A DNA stretch of 64,000 nt from positions 1,054,001-1,118,000 of the forward strand of contig NEEC01000015.1 of the NCBI GenBank assembly GCA_002189035.1, written 5' to 3'. Within the stretch, counting starts at the first letter, position 1; the number at the start of each line of letters is the position of its first letter. A model generated the notes under the pieces. That model ran no database searches, was not told the DNA's origin, and was given only the letters and a program-made list of their open reading frames with translations. Below are positions 1 to 11,806 of the stretch, piece by piece. This DNA is from Utricularia gibba (taxonomy: Eukaryota; Plantae; Magnoliophyta). Made by a program: the position numbers and the translations under genes.

Positions 1-958
1 GTTTGTTCTATCAACGTGTTTAAATTCAGAAATGAAGCAGCTTTCCGTTTTTCCTGCAGGCAGTCAGCCTGATTTTTTGGGAGAATTAAGTCCACATTTT
101 AGGGTTGTCGTTTCCTAATGAAGAAAAAAAAAAGCCTGATGACAAGGAATCGCAGTGTAACATGTTAGATATGATGTCCTGAAAAAAATATATGTAACTA
201 ATTAAGAGAAAATTAAAAAAAAAAACAATATCTCAAATTTCAGTCGATATAAATATTTTAATTCTTTAAGTCTTAAAATTTTAAAAAATACATCTCAAAT
301 TATCAAAATCGTGTAACAAAGATCCAAACGGTTTTTATTTTTTAAAAAAAATGAACTGGTATACAGTGTTGTGGATCGATTCTAGTTTCAAACCCAATAA
401 ATTTTCGTGCTAGGTGTTTTCGTATTTGTGTTTAAAATTCAATAAATCAAATAATATCTTTATTAGAGTTATATAACATTTATATATCATATAATTTTAA
501 GTAGTGATAATTATATTGTATCTCGTATGAAGCACCATTATAATGATTTTCTATTAAGGTTAAAATCGATTAATTTTGATAACATGATGAATGAAATATA
601 TAATTTCATTAATTTGGAGGTGAACTATTTATAATAAGATAAATTTAGGTTTTTATGATGTAATTTTAAAAATTGAGAATTAAACTATTTATATCGACTA
701 TAAATTGTAGTGATATTGGAAAATTTCACCAATTAATTAATTAAAATTGTTTTGCCTCTAAGTTATTGATAGTACAATGGGAGTGACTTTGTTTGGTGTG
801 AATTGGTGCATGGGACTTTGGAACCCCTTGTGATTGAGTTGGGTTTGCATCTTGAAGGATTTTATTTCATTTCGAGGTACACACCAAAGCACAAGTGTTA
901 TTCACCACAGTTGAGAAATATACATACTTGTTGAGATGGTAAGGTGAAGAGGTAAAAT

Positions 959-1588
959 TTAGAAGCTCGTGGATCCGACAAGCTTGGTTAGGCCAAAGGT
1001 GATGGCCATGGCCAGCCACCCCCCTACCAAGACCCTCACGGCGGAGCGCACCACCGGGGCCCGACCGAGAGCCGCCCCGGCCCACCCGAACACCACCAAC
1101 GCCACGCTCACCGACGTGACCACCGCGACAACCCTGAGCTTATACTCCTTGATGAAGCAAGCGGCCAACAAGGGCACCATGGCGCCCAGGGAGAAGGAAA
1201 GGGCCGATGCCATGGACGCTTGTATGGGATTGGGTAAAGAGGGGCTGTCTTCCACGTCATTTGCAGCGCCAGCGGCTTTGTTTTCTCTTCGGAGCTGGGC
1301 CAGCTCTATGTCCAGCTGGGAGTAAACGGAGACGAATTCGCCGATGGCCATGGAACAGGCCCCGGCCACCAGGCCGGAGAACCCCGCCAGAATCATCGTC
1401 TTGATGTCGGTCTTGACAGCCCCTACGCCCACCATGAGGGAGGCCGTGGAGAGGATTCCGTCGTTGGCGCCGAGGACGGCGGCACGTAGCCACTGGGAAC
1501 GCTTCGAGTAGTCAAAATCCTCGCCATGCTCGACGTCAGCTGGTGGTATGGTCTGTTGCTCAGGGAGGCTTGATTTTTCGGCATCCAT
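959..1588 (-). CDS. Vacuolar iron transporter homolog (VIT1/CCC1 family, nodulin-21-like), single exon
   Basis: 209-aa ORF with the family signature RSQWLRAAVLGANDGILSTASLMVGVGA, AGACSMAIGEFVSV and the C-terminal RVLVGGWLAMAITFGL helix. Confidence 0.95.
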   Translation of the reverse strand: MDAEKSSLPEQQTIPPADVEHGEDFDYSKRSQWLRAAVLGANDGILSTASLMVGVGAVKTDIKTMILAGFSGLVAGACSMAIGEFVSVYSQLDIELAQLRRENKAAGAANDVEDSPSLPNPIQASMASALSFSLGAMVPLLAACFIKEYKLRVVAVVTSVSVALVVFGWAGAALGRAPVVRSAVRVLVGGWLAMAITFGLTKLVGSTSF

Positions 1589-4496
1589 TGCCGGACAGTG
1601 CCCTGATCCTGCGGCGACGGATCACTGATGTTATCGGTGGTTACCGGAGTTCATCAACCTTCTAGTATATATAAGAGAAAAAAGACCTGTTTTCTAGGCT
1701 TTTACTTCATCATTCCATTTCTTTTTTTATTTTTCAAAAACGCTACCACACAAATATTTGATGGTTCATAAATTTTCGCACCTCTCATTCTTTATCTGTA
1801 TGATGCATGACGCTAGAATCCACTTGCATTGGATTTTCAAGGTCTATTTACAGGTTTTAAATCTGGAAAAGCATTTTGGAAATAGTGATGTGCAACAAGG
1901 AGAGTTAAAGCATGATCATTTTATTTTGAATGTAAAACAAACATCCCAATCAACAAGAAAACACATGAGGCAGAGGGTGTTAGCTACTAGCCACGTCTTC
2001 TGAAACAAAACCACTCTGCAAACAACAAAACCCTAGAAGCTTTTCCGAGCGACCCCAGTTCATGGGATGGCGATTTGGATTGTAACGTCTGCCCATACCG
2101 TACAAGAACAGCTACAGTTCAAAATGGAGGGGATCAAGCACTTGATTGTTAATGGCAGGCGACAGATTCCCGTATTGAATGGTTCATTTTTTTAGAGTGT
2201 GATAGGAAAACTTGATGACCTTTCTAATAGGTGTCTGGGCGAAAACGAAGACTTGGAGTTTGAAGGCTTAGTCTCGTGGGGTGTGTACATTATAACGATA
2301 TGTCTCATATTGAAATTAAGAATTTAATGGATTTGACATTTACACATAAAATTAAAGTATACAATCAATATAAATCATGTTAAAAAAATTAGTATCAATC
2401 AATTAGTAATGATTTATAATTTTTTATATATTTAATTATTTTACTTTTAAATTCGATATTATTTGATCTAATTACAGTTTCTCGACATTAACATAACTTC
2501 CCAGCCCCAAAAACATCCCACACCTTGCATTGCATTGAATACACTATAAAAATAAGATATCGATACTATGGATCTGCTCGGTCTTTTATTTTTATCTGCG
2601 TTTGTTGGAATGAACACTGTGCATCAGGTCGAGTCACAGACAGTAAAAGATTAGGTCATCGAATTTGTTGGGGGTGCGACATTCTGTTACGAGTGAAGCG
2701 ACATGCAATAGCTTGAAAAAGTTGAAAAAGGGAGCGAACTATTATCGAAAACAAGTGGGTTTCTGCTCGATATTCACTAGCACAAAGGCTCTCGACAAAT
2801 GTCGCGGTCCATTTTCGAGGCATGATTGGTTTGTAGAAACAATCATTTTTGCTTTGCTTTCCCATTCTTGACACATACCCATAGCCATCCAAACGAAAAC
2901 CAACCACCGGTTCAAATGATAATGGGGTATGAATTGTTGTAAACCAAACACCAAATACGAGAAAACAATCAAATCCTCCTACACAAACACTGTACTAAAG
3001 GATTTTTTGATCTTCATGATTGAAGAGTCCGGTTGAGAGTACAATCTAGGTCAAACAAGTTTGAATATATATCCCCAAACTCTAATGGACTTCAGACATA
3101 AAAAATGTGGGCTAGGCTTGCCAACACGCGTAGCATTTTAGGATCAGATTTGCACCCCATCTGAACGCGTAGAATTTTAGGTTTCGGGGTCGATCTAATA
3201 AATAGGTATGACTGCTTTTCAAATCCATCAATACAAAAGGAATATCATCCTACATAAATTAGTTGAAATAGATGTAGGATTCCATACGTGTTATCCAATA
3301 CCATATTTTCCAAGTTAACTCAACGAGAGCCAGGAGCTATCTCTCTATGTGTTGTTGTGAGTGCCCGGTGCATGCATCTACTCTCTATCAACTTTACCAC
3401 AGTAGCGACCCGCATAGTGACGTTTATGCATTCTATAATCCACCATTCATCGGGAGGACGGTGAAGGTACGTAGACAATGATAAGACAAGACAGATCCCC
3501 ATTCAAAGAGGTAACTATACGACGTCGTGGGGGTGAGAGGGAAACCATTATCGTGGAGGAGGAATGCCGCAAGTAACATTTGTAGATAGGGTTGAAGATG
3601 GCCCATTTGCTTTTCTTCACTAATTGTAATATCGCCTTCATTTCTATTTCATGTCGTTACATAGATTCCTTTATGATGTTGGGAAACAGAAAGAAACGCA
3701 CACACGTGTTTGGAAAAATAGTTGGAGGAAGGTCGAGGATGAATCGGGCCAAATATAGTTTTGGGTCGGCCCGCGGGATTGATTCATGGACTCCGGCTTG
3801 ATAAGCGGGATTTCCTGTGGCCCAAATCCAATGGGCCACTATTTTTTTTTCCGTGGAACATGCGGTGCATGGGCTGCTGAAAAAGGTAAAAGAAAACCTT
3901 TGAAATATCTAAAATACCCTCCTTATAAATAATTATCTTTAATAAAAAAGATTTTACTCATAGTTTTAGGATAAAATGATTCACAAAAAAAGTAATTTAA
4001 ATTCAATAGGAGAAAATTATTCATTTTTTTTTACATCTTTCTTGCCTTTCTTATTAAAGGTGGCACCCACCCCCCTCCCGCTTGCTGCGCTCTTTTTGTT
4101 TTGCGATTTTAAAAAAGTTGAAAATATTAAACTAAATATGAATTATAGTCATTTTCCAAAACGTTGCAAATATACGAAGCTTAGCTTATTTATCAGGATA
4201 AAATACGAATACTTCACAAGGGTCAGGATTTAATTTTCTTTTTTAATGTTGAGAAAATTGGGCACATGATTGAATTGAAGATGGATGTCGAAATTCACGT
4301 CAGGTTTACACTTGACATCAGCAAACATCACACACACACACACAGACGCGGTGAAGGACAGGCCAAAGGAAAGAGATAGTGCATGGGGCATGCTTTTCTT
4401 TTTTTCATCATTCTCCATGCAGCAAAGGAGGTTTGCAGAGACTAGCACTCGTTTGAACAAACATTGAAGGACCATCTTGGAAACACCGAAACTAAT

Positions 4497-5654
4497 TCAG
4501 ATGCTGGGGCGGAGGGGAGACACGTATGCGTACCCCGCTGGAGGAGGGGGTGACGTGTATTTGTACGCCGGCGATGGGGATTTAGAAGGGGCATGTCGAT
4601 GGTGCGGCGGATGTACCTTGTGGACTGGCGGCGGAGGGGATTTGGGGAGTGGAGGTGGTGGTGGGGACTTTGAGACAGGTGGGCGTTCGTGGTGAACTGG
4701 CGGCGGAGGGGATTTTGGAACTGGGGATGGTGGTGGCTTCTTGGACACTGGTGGGCGCTCATGGTGAGCTGGCGGCGGAGGGGATTTGGGAACTGGGGAT
4801 GGTGGAGGCTTCTTTGAGACTGATGGGCGTTCATGATGAGCTGGCGGCGGAGGGGATTTGGGAACTGGGGATGGTGGAGGCTTCTTTGAGACTGGTGGGC
4901 GTTCATGGTGAACTGGCGGGGGCGGGAATTTGTGGACAGGGGAGGGTGGCGGTGGAGACCTGTAAGTGTAAGAGGGCGGAGGTGGGGATTTGTGAACTGG
5001 GTGCGGATGTCTTGGAGGTGATTTTAATGCAGGTGGGTGTTCTTTGTGTGCCGGCGGTGGGGGAGGTGGGAAGACAGGCGGAGGCGGGGATTTGCGTACC
5101 GGCGATGGTGGGGCTTTGGAGACAGGAGGCAACGGCGGAGGCGGTTTATGGACAGGCGCTGGAGGGGGAGATTTGTGAACAGGAGGTGGATGCAATGGAG
5201 GTGACTTCAAAACAGGTGGCTTTTCCTTGTGCACCGGCGGTGGAGGAGATTTCTTAACGGGTGAAGGCGGTCCTGGAGATGGGTGCACAGAAGGTGGAGG
5301 TGCTTTATGTGCATGTGGCGGTGGTTTCACCTTCGGTGGCCTCTCTTTGTGTACTGGCGGCGGCGGTGGCGATTTCGGAATCGGAGCCGGATGCACCGGC
5401 GGCTTCACAGACGGTGGGCGTTCAATGTGCCCCGGTGGAGGAGGAGGAGGAGGATACGCCTTTGCCGGGGCCGGTGGCGGTGGGTGCAGATGCGGCTTCT
5501 TCTGCGGTGGAGCATGTTTGGGTTTCAAGTGATGGCGCGTCGGCGGCGGCGGCGACTGGTAGACATACGGCGGAGCCGAGGAGAGCCCATCATTCGCCAC
5601 CACACTCGTACTCAAGAACAGGAAGACGCAAAACAGCAGACAGTGAGAAGCCAT
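4497..5654 (-). CDS. Extensin / hydroxyproline-rich glycoprotein, His- and Lys-rich
   Basis: True ATG at 5654 (MASHCLLFCVFLFLSTSVVAN, signal peptide-like). Many SPPPP motifs and a few YXY cross-link motifs (YVY, YTY, YKY, YAY). TGA at 4497-4499. Confidence 0.9.
   Translation of the reverse strand: MASHCLLFCVFLFLSTSVVANDGLSSAPPYVYQSPPPPTRHHLKPKHAPPQKKPHLHPPPPAPAKAYPPPPPPPGHIERPPSVKPPVHPAPIPKSPPPPPVHKERPPKVKPPPHAHKAPPPSVHPSPGPPSPVKKSPPPPVHKEKPPVLKSPPLHPPPVHKSPPPAPVHKPPPPLPPVSKAPPSPVRKSPPPPVFPPPPPPAHKEHPPALKSPPRHPHPVHKSPPPPSYTYRSPPPPSPVHKFPPPPVHHERPPVSKKPPPSPVPKSPPPPAHHERPSVSKKPPPSPVPKSPPPPAHHERPPVSKKPPPSPVPKSPPPPVHHERPPVSKSPPPPPLPKSPPPPVHKVHPPHHRHAPSKSPSPAYKYTSPPPPAGYAYVSPLRPSI
4625..4915 (-). 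repeat. Four coding tandem repeats of about 72 bp (24 aa, HHERPPVSKKPPPSPVPKSPPPP[A/V]) within the extensin
   Basis: Visible in the translation and as recurring ggcggcggaggggatttgggaactgggga on the + strand. Boundaries approximate. Confidence 0.85.
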
Positions 5655-7590
5655 TCTTCCCCTCCCTACACCTTCCTCTCCAAACACCCACCCCGCTTTA
5701 TAGCTACAAAAAAAAAGGTCTCGGAGATGACGCTACGTGCCTGGGCACTGAGGCACAATTACATTACGAGATGGTATGAGGAGTATGGGAAGAGACGTGT
5801 CTACGCAAGAATTTGCATGCGCAGAAATGATCACGTGCAGGCTAAATCAAAATCAGGATTCCTGCAACACAAATATAATTACATAAATGTTGTGTCCTGA
5901 AATTGGAAAAGTCAACAGCGACAGAGCAGTTCTGGCACCCACTCAATGCCATGAAAATACGCCAACTTTTGTTATTTTGCTCCCTCTCCAATCATTTCAA
6001 AAAATGATGTCATAAATACAAGCTTTTTTTTTCCAACTTTTATAAAACCTGAATAATTCCTATAGCATATGAGGCATACTGTTGATTTACAAATGGATTG
6101 ATTTTCTAACCACGAGGAATCACTTTAGTCTATTTACACATCATGAAGCATAATTTCACTATAGATTGATTATGTCTAAGATACTATGAAAATCTCAAGA
6201 GTGACATCTTTTTTTATCATAAGCATCAAAGATACATCGGGGGGTGCCTCAGAAACAACAAAAGGCGGCACAGATGATCGGTGACATATGTCCGGAGCGA
6301 GCACCTCCGGTAGAGAGGTGACGGGGGAGGTGTCGGAGAGAAAACTCTGCTATAATGAATGAGATAATTTGTATTATAACAAACAATACTACATTAGAAA
6401 ATAAAAATGAAATATTAATTATATAATATATTATAAATTATTAGTAATAAGTTAAGATTAATTTTTACTAATATTATATACATTTATTGTATATTTGTGT
6501 TTCACATGTTTTCATCAAATCAATAAAATCTTGAAATTCAATAATTCGCTATATCACAAGCTCTTATCTTAGTGTTTGAAAGCGAAAATTTGAGATTTTC
6601 AATCTATAGAAACAACAAACATACATGTGAAATTGAGCAAAATCAGTGAAATACATGTTCGTAATTCATATGTTGTTATAGGAAAAGAAAACATATATAT
6701 TATATTTCATATAAAACATTGACGAAAAGTATTAATGATGAAGTTAGTAGAGATGAAAAAACATGTAATAATGATAAATTTGATGATGATAAAAACAATT
6801 CTCATTAGGAATGATATTCTTGATAAATCACATAATCCTGTAATCATCCTAAAGTAATGTAACTAGCCAAGCCCCCGACTTCTCTGTCATTTCCCCCTTG
6901 CCCTGATTCGTGTGTGTTTACCGCCCTTAACCTAAATTGCTCTTGGGGGTTTTCTTTAACCTCAGCCACAACACCCCATCAATGCCTCTGTGCGCCTCGG
7001 GATTACAAACACGATGGGTCAAAATGTTAGGGTTTGTCAGGATAGCGATGGGGCCCACACCGGCATGGAGAATGGCAGTGTCCCTGCTTTTTTCCTGCCA
7101 CTTGAAAGAAAAAGAGAGAAACAGAGACGACTCGACTCACATTAGGTGCATAATTGGACCCTAGGAGGAAGGCAGCCCAAGTAGGGAGTAGAGTGAAAAA
7201 CAGAAAACGATACACGAAACAGCGTGGTCGGTCTCTATTCTCAGCACATATCTACCCATCACAACTTTTTGTCCACCAACAACCAAATTTCAAAGGAGTC
7301 GAAGCGATACTCTGCGCATATCCACACCAGGTTTCATTTCCCGGTGAGAATCCGAGGTTCAATGTCCCAGTTTGGTAGCATGCGAAGAGTCGCAATTTGT
7401 ATGCGTGACCGCGTGACGGGTTTCCATACGAGTTGGATCCCGGGGGAGTCACCTTTCAAACGGCTGTTGAATACTCATAAAAAAAGGGTAGGAAGGAAGG
7501 AGGGATGTATGGTTTGACTGGATGACTGCGTTACGGGGCCTTGACTTGGGACCATAAATACGCGGATGCCCAGAGCCCTACCGTCGGAGA

Positions 7591-8814
7591 ATGGCACCGG
7601 ATAAGTCAAGAGAACAACTACACCTCGCGATTCCGGCGCAATTCCGCTGCCCGATTTCATTGGATTTGATGAGGTCCCCGGTGAGTCTTTCCACTGGCGT
7701 CACCTACGACCGGAGCTCAATCCAGCGATGGCTCGCCCTCGGCAACAACACTTGTCCCGCGACCATGCAGACTCTGTCGTCGACTCGCACAACCCCTAAT
7801 CTCACCCTTCGCCGCCTCATTGACCTATGGATTTCCCAGGCTGGCACTGTGCCGTCACCGTCGTCACTATTATCGAAACGGGAATTGGCGGAAATCATTG
7901 GCGGTGAATTGGACTCGGAGTCTCTGGCGAAGGTAATTGGTTTCTCAACGGCGTCAGAGGAGAACTTAGCGTTCATTGCTCGGTCGGAGGACGCGGTAGC
8001 GAAATTGGTTTCCTTCTTCCGGAGGTCCGACGAGATCCGAATCCGCGAGCAGATCGTTCAACTGTTCGATTTGATTTCTCATGAAGATGGAGCCACGGAG
8101 AGATTGAATCGCCTGATTTTGACCGGCGACTGCGTCAAAGATCAATTATCCTCATTTGCCGTGGTTCTCCAAAAAGGAACCACCGCGGCGAAGATCCAAT
8201 CGGTCAGAATCCTGGAACAGATCGCAATTAACCCGGAATCGAAGCGCAAAATCGCCGGAACAACGGTGATTCTCACCGGAATCTACGCCCTCGCCGCAAC
8301 AGAAACCGACACGACCGCAATCCAAGCCGCGCTCTCATCCCTAACCGCAGTCTCCGTCACACGAGCAGCGAAAACGGAGCTGATTCGATTGGGAATAGTG
8401 AGAACCGCCACAAGAATCCTCTCCAACTCCTCCATCCGAGGTTTAACCGAGGCGGCCATAGCAACGGTAGAGATTGCAGCCACGTGTACAGAGGGCAGAG
8501 CTGCGATTGCGGCGGACAGCGAATGTGTGGCTGCGATCGTTTCCAGGCTGATGAAGTGTTCCGGTGCAGCGACGGAGCACGGCATAACGGTGCTCTGGAG
8601 CGTGTGCTGCTTGGCACGTGACGCGGTGGCCCAGGAAATAGCCCGTGGTGCCAATGGGTTGACCAAGGTACTACTCGTGATGCAGAGCGATTGCTCCGCA
8701 CGTACAAGACAGATGTGCAACGAGTTAGTGAAGGTGCTAAGAGTGAAGGGCCCTGGCAATCAACCCAATCTGGCCTCGTACGTCTCTAGGACCACACACA
8801 TTACGCCTTATTAA
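7591..8814 (+). CDS. Plant U-box/ARM E3 ubiquitin ligase (PUB27/28-like), single exon
   Basis: N-terminal U-box IPAQFRCPISLDLMRSPVSLSTGVTYDRSSIQRWLALGNNTCPATMQ followed by ARM-like helical repeats. Confidence 0.93.
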   Translation: MAPDKSREQLHLAIPAQFRCPISLDLMRSPVSLSTGVTYDRSSIQRWLALGNNTCPATMQTLSSTRTTPNLTLRRLIDLWISQAGTVPSPSSLLSKRELAEIIGGELDSESLAKVIGFSTASEENLAFIARSEDAVAKLVSFFRRSDEIRIREQIVQLFDLISHEDGATERLNRLILTGDCVKDQLSSFAVVLQKGTTAAKIQSVRILEQIAINPESKRKIAGTTVILTGIYALAATETDTTAIQAALSSLTAVSVTRAAKTELIRLGIVRTATRILSNSSIRGLTEAAIATVEIAATCTEGRAAIAADSECVAAIVSRLMKCSGAATEHGITVLWSVCCLARDAVAQEIARGANGLTKVLLVMQSDCSARTRQMCNELVKVLRVKGPGNQPNLASYVSRTTHITPY

Positions 8815-9503
8815 ATTTCGCTGACAAATTTGTTTCATATTCCATCTTTTTTATTTCTCTGATTCCCTTCTGCATTAAAAAAAATACAAATACTAATAAA
8901 AAAACCATACATTAAAAAAATACAAATGTTGAAGTACGACCCGGTCCAAAGTCGGTTGATCTCCGCGTTCAAAACTCTGCCACACATCGTTGACGAGGGG
9001 GGTGACAAGTCACGTAGTGCATGGGGATCAACTTAATGATGCTGACGTGGCGTTATGATCACATGCATCACTTTCCGACCAGATTAAGAAAATTCACGTT
9101 TAAATCACAACACACGTCCACTTTCTCTTGTGGAAAAATCAAGGTGCCGTTTCCAAATCGTTGAAGCTTCAACCAGCTAAAGAGGATTAGCCGAGTAATT
9201 CCATTCGACAACAACTTGTGTTGCCGTACGTGGTGCGAATCTTTTTTATGCTGTCCTTTCTCTGGCGTGTTTGCCACGCGCCTATATTCTAGATGATCCT
9301 ACGACTATTGACAGGGTGAGGAGCATTAAGGGGATTGTGATGCCACGAAGGAGGTTGGCATCATTGCTTCTGGTAGATTGTGAAACGTGAGGTTTGTATG
9401 AAATAAAATAATATAATTCTTTTTCTATATTAGGGTTTGTACTCTCTACCTATGCATGTAGAGTGGGTTGGGTTGCCTTTTGTTTTTTTTTGGTGGTTGA
9501 TTT

Positions 9504-9555
9504 GTCCCACATCGGTATTTGATAATTTTCGCTCTTAACTCAGATGCCTTATAAT
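9504..9555 (+). promoter_or_regulatory. Plant snRNA Pol II promoter: USE plus TATA box
   Basis: Exact USE consensus GTCCCACATCG at 9504-9514 and TATAAT at 9550-9555. About 35 bp apart (Pol II-type spacing), about 30 bp before the U2-like start. Confidence 0.88.
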
Positions 9556-9582
9556 GATCAATTGGGCCACCAAATTGGACTC

Positions 9583-9776
9583 ATACGTTTCTAGGCCTTT
9601 CGGCTAAGACCAAGTGTAGTATTTGCTCTTGTCAGTTTAAAATCTGATAGCTGGGCCAAAGGCTCAAATATTAATTTTTTTAGAGGTAAGGCCCAAAAGA
9701 TCAGCCTGCTGGTCTATGGGTCAGCGCGTCTCCTCGGCGTTAGAGTTATTGCTCGGGCCGGGGGCAGCCGTTCCAA
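9583..9776 (+). ncRNA. U2: U2 spliceosomal snRNA, divergent variant
   Basis: ATACGTTTCTAGGCCTTTCGGCTAAGACCAAGTGTAGTATTTGCTCTTGTCAGTTTAAAATCTGATA aligns with the plant U2 5' end. Branch-site GTAGTA at 9616-9621, Sm site AATTTTTTTAG, stems IIa/IIb/III/IV foldable by eye, length about 194 nt, USE/TATA upstream. Confidence 0.88.
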
Positions 9777-9894
9777 TGCTAGTAACCAGTGTTTCATTTT
9801 TTGCGCTTTGGTGGGCCAAGACGAGAAGGATCTGAACTGTGGATGTGCAGGTTTTTCTCAAGCCTTTTCTCTCTAAATAATAGATTTTTGGGGG

Positions 9895-11512
9895 ATGGAT
9901 GTGCTGTATCTCAAGCTTTCTTTTTCATCCTCATTTGCAACAAAATCAAGATGCAGGTTGAGAGTTCCCCAAAATTTTTGTTCGCTTCTTCATTTTGAAT
10001 GTCAGGCGCCGCCGCATCTTGTGAATTGTCGGAGGAAAATCATTAGGAGAAGTCATACGACGGCGGGAAGCGGAAGTAACGCATTTTTCGATGAGGCGGG
10101 TTACGAGTCTGAGCGTCTGCGTTTGGACGCGATCGCCCGAGAGACGATGGCCCAAAAGTCGGAGGTTGAATTGCTGGATGTGGAGGATTCCAAGGCGTGG
10201 AAATGGGTAATTAGGAAGAGGGTTTGGGATTGGATGGAGGCCAGGAACATAGCACAGTTCCCTAGGCCGGTTCACCATCGGATTCCTAATTTTGTTGGAG
10301 CCAACGTTGCTGCTGATAGAGTAAGCTGCAAAAACATCAGTATTCTTCCGTCTGTTTCTTGTTTATCTCTATCCTTGTTAATTGTTTTGGTAGAGGTTTT
10401 CTGCTAACGAGAAAGCTTCTGGCAGTTAAGTGGATTGGAGGTGTTTAAGGGAGCAAGCTGCGTCAAGGTGAATCCAGATACGCCTCAGAAGCAAGTCAGA
10501 TTTCTCACACTCAAAGGTCCATTTTGTTCAATTCTCTTATCTGTTGTGAACCTGGTGGAGAGATACCCTAACTGCATTGTGTTTCTAGTTACCTCAAGAT
10601 GGATAATGATACCGTGCTTTTATTTATTTATTTTTTTTTTTAAATCCCCGGTCTGTTTTATAGGAGGTAAAAAGCTGTTAACTCCTCAGCCGCGCCTGAG
10701 GACTGGGTTTTTCTCTGTACTAGAGGAATCCAAGTTAACTTCTGAAACGATAAAAGAAGCATGCACCTCTGCTGGAGTTGCGAAATTTGGCAGAGCAATC
10801 GGTTTGGATGAGAAGATCAAAGTTGACTTGATTGTCATTGGTTCGGTTGCTGTTGATCCACTGACAGGGGCTAGACTCGGCAAGGGCGAGGTATTACCCA
10901 TTCTTATTTCTTGATGCACTTAACAGAATTGTCTGTTGTGTCCCAGTATGTGATGAAATGAAACCTTTCCCGGTGAAGGGATTCGCAGAACTTGAGTATG
11001 GTATGCTTCGGTATATGGGTGCCATAGATGATTCTACACCAATTGTAACTTCAGGTCAGATTCCGTCCCATCCTCTTGCCGTGCAAGACTTTTGCAGGTG
11101 ATCATAATGCTCTAAAAACACAATCATGTATTCTATCTCATGTTTGCTTCCTCCAATCTCAGTGCATGATGAGCAACTTGTTGATGACATTCCAGTGGAA
11201 AAGTTGCTTGTTCATGATGTCCCTGTAGATATAATATGCACTCCAACACGAGTTATTTTTACCAATACTTCCATTCCAAAGCCTCAAGGTTAGCTGATGC
11301 TGCATCTTCATTTTAAGCTACCGAATGACTGTCAGTCTTCATACCTGTTACCATGATGCACTGCAGGTATATACTGGGAAAAACTGTCTCCAGAAAAGCT
11401 GGGCCAGATTCGAATTCTAAGAGAGCTCAAAGCCAAGATCGAGCAAGAAACAGGGAGCAAGCTCCCCTGTGGCCCTTCTGAGAAGTTGCCTCCAACAGCT
11501 CGAAGAACGTAA
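9895..11512 (+). CDS. 5-formyltetrahydrofolate cyclo-ligase-like protein (COG0212 type) with probable transit peptide
   Basis: GT-AG exons 9895-10320, 10426-10516, 10664-10890, 10979-11054, 11163-11288, 11367-11512. Motifs [54 protein letters not shown]. Confidence 0.92.
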
Positions 11513-11806
11513 AGAAGCCCTCCCCTCTTTGGTAAACAAACATAATGAATTTTTAGTATGTATATATTCGGAGGCCCATTTGAATATATGAATTAAAGCC
11601 TGGTCCAATCCAACTGAAATGGCCCATTTGAAAGCACGAAATGAAACTGACCCAATCCAGCCGTCGTACTATTTGTGTTTCTTACCTGTAGAAGCTGTAG
11701 CTCATTGTCGTCTTCTACGTCAAACTTCTCGCCTACACTTGTTGCTGGACCAGATCGTGTTGACGCTGGAGATTGCTTGTCTTGGGTATGATTCCAAGTT
11801 GTTAAG

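Noticed and set aside
4442-5900. Several long overlapping ORFs around the extensin
   Set aside because: Antisense or alternative-frame shadows of a GC-rich, Pro-codon repeat; only the signal-peptide/SP4 frame is credible.
6235-6350. GC-rich patch with a 6-bp inverted repeat upstream of the extensin
   Set aside because: No recognisable protein, RNA family or TE end; the stem is too short to be meaningful.
7154-7450. ORF fragments upstream of the U-box gene with weak sulfotransferase or MULE-like words
   Set aside because: Similarity limited to a few residues, with stops; consistent with promoter or 5' UTR sequence.
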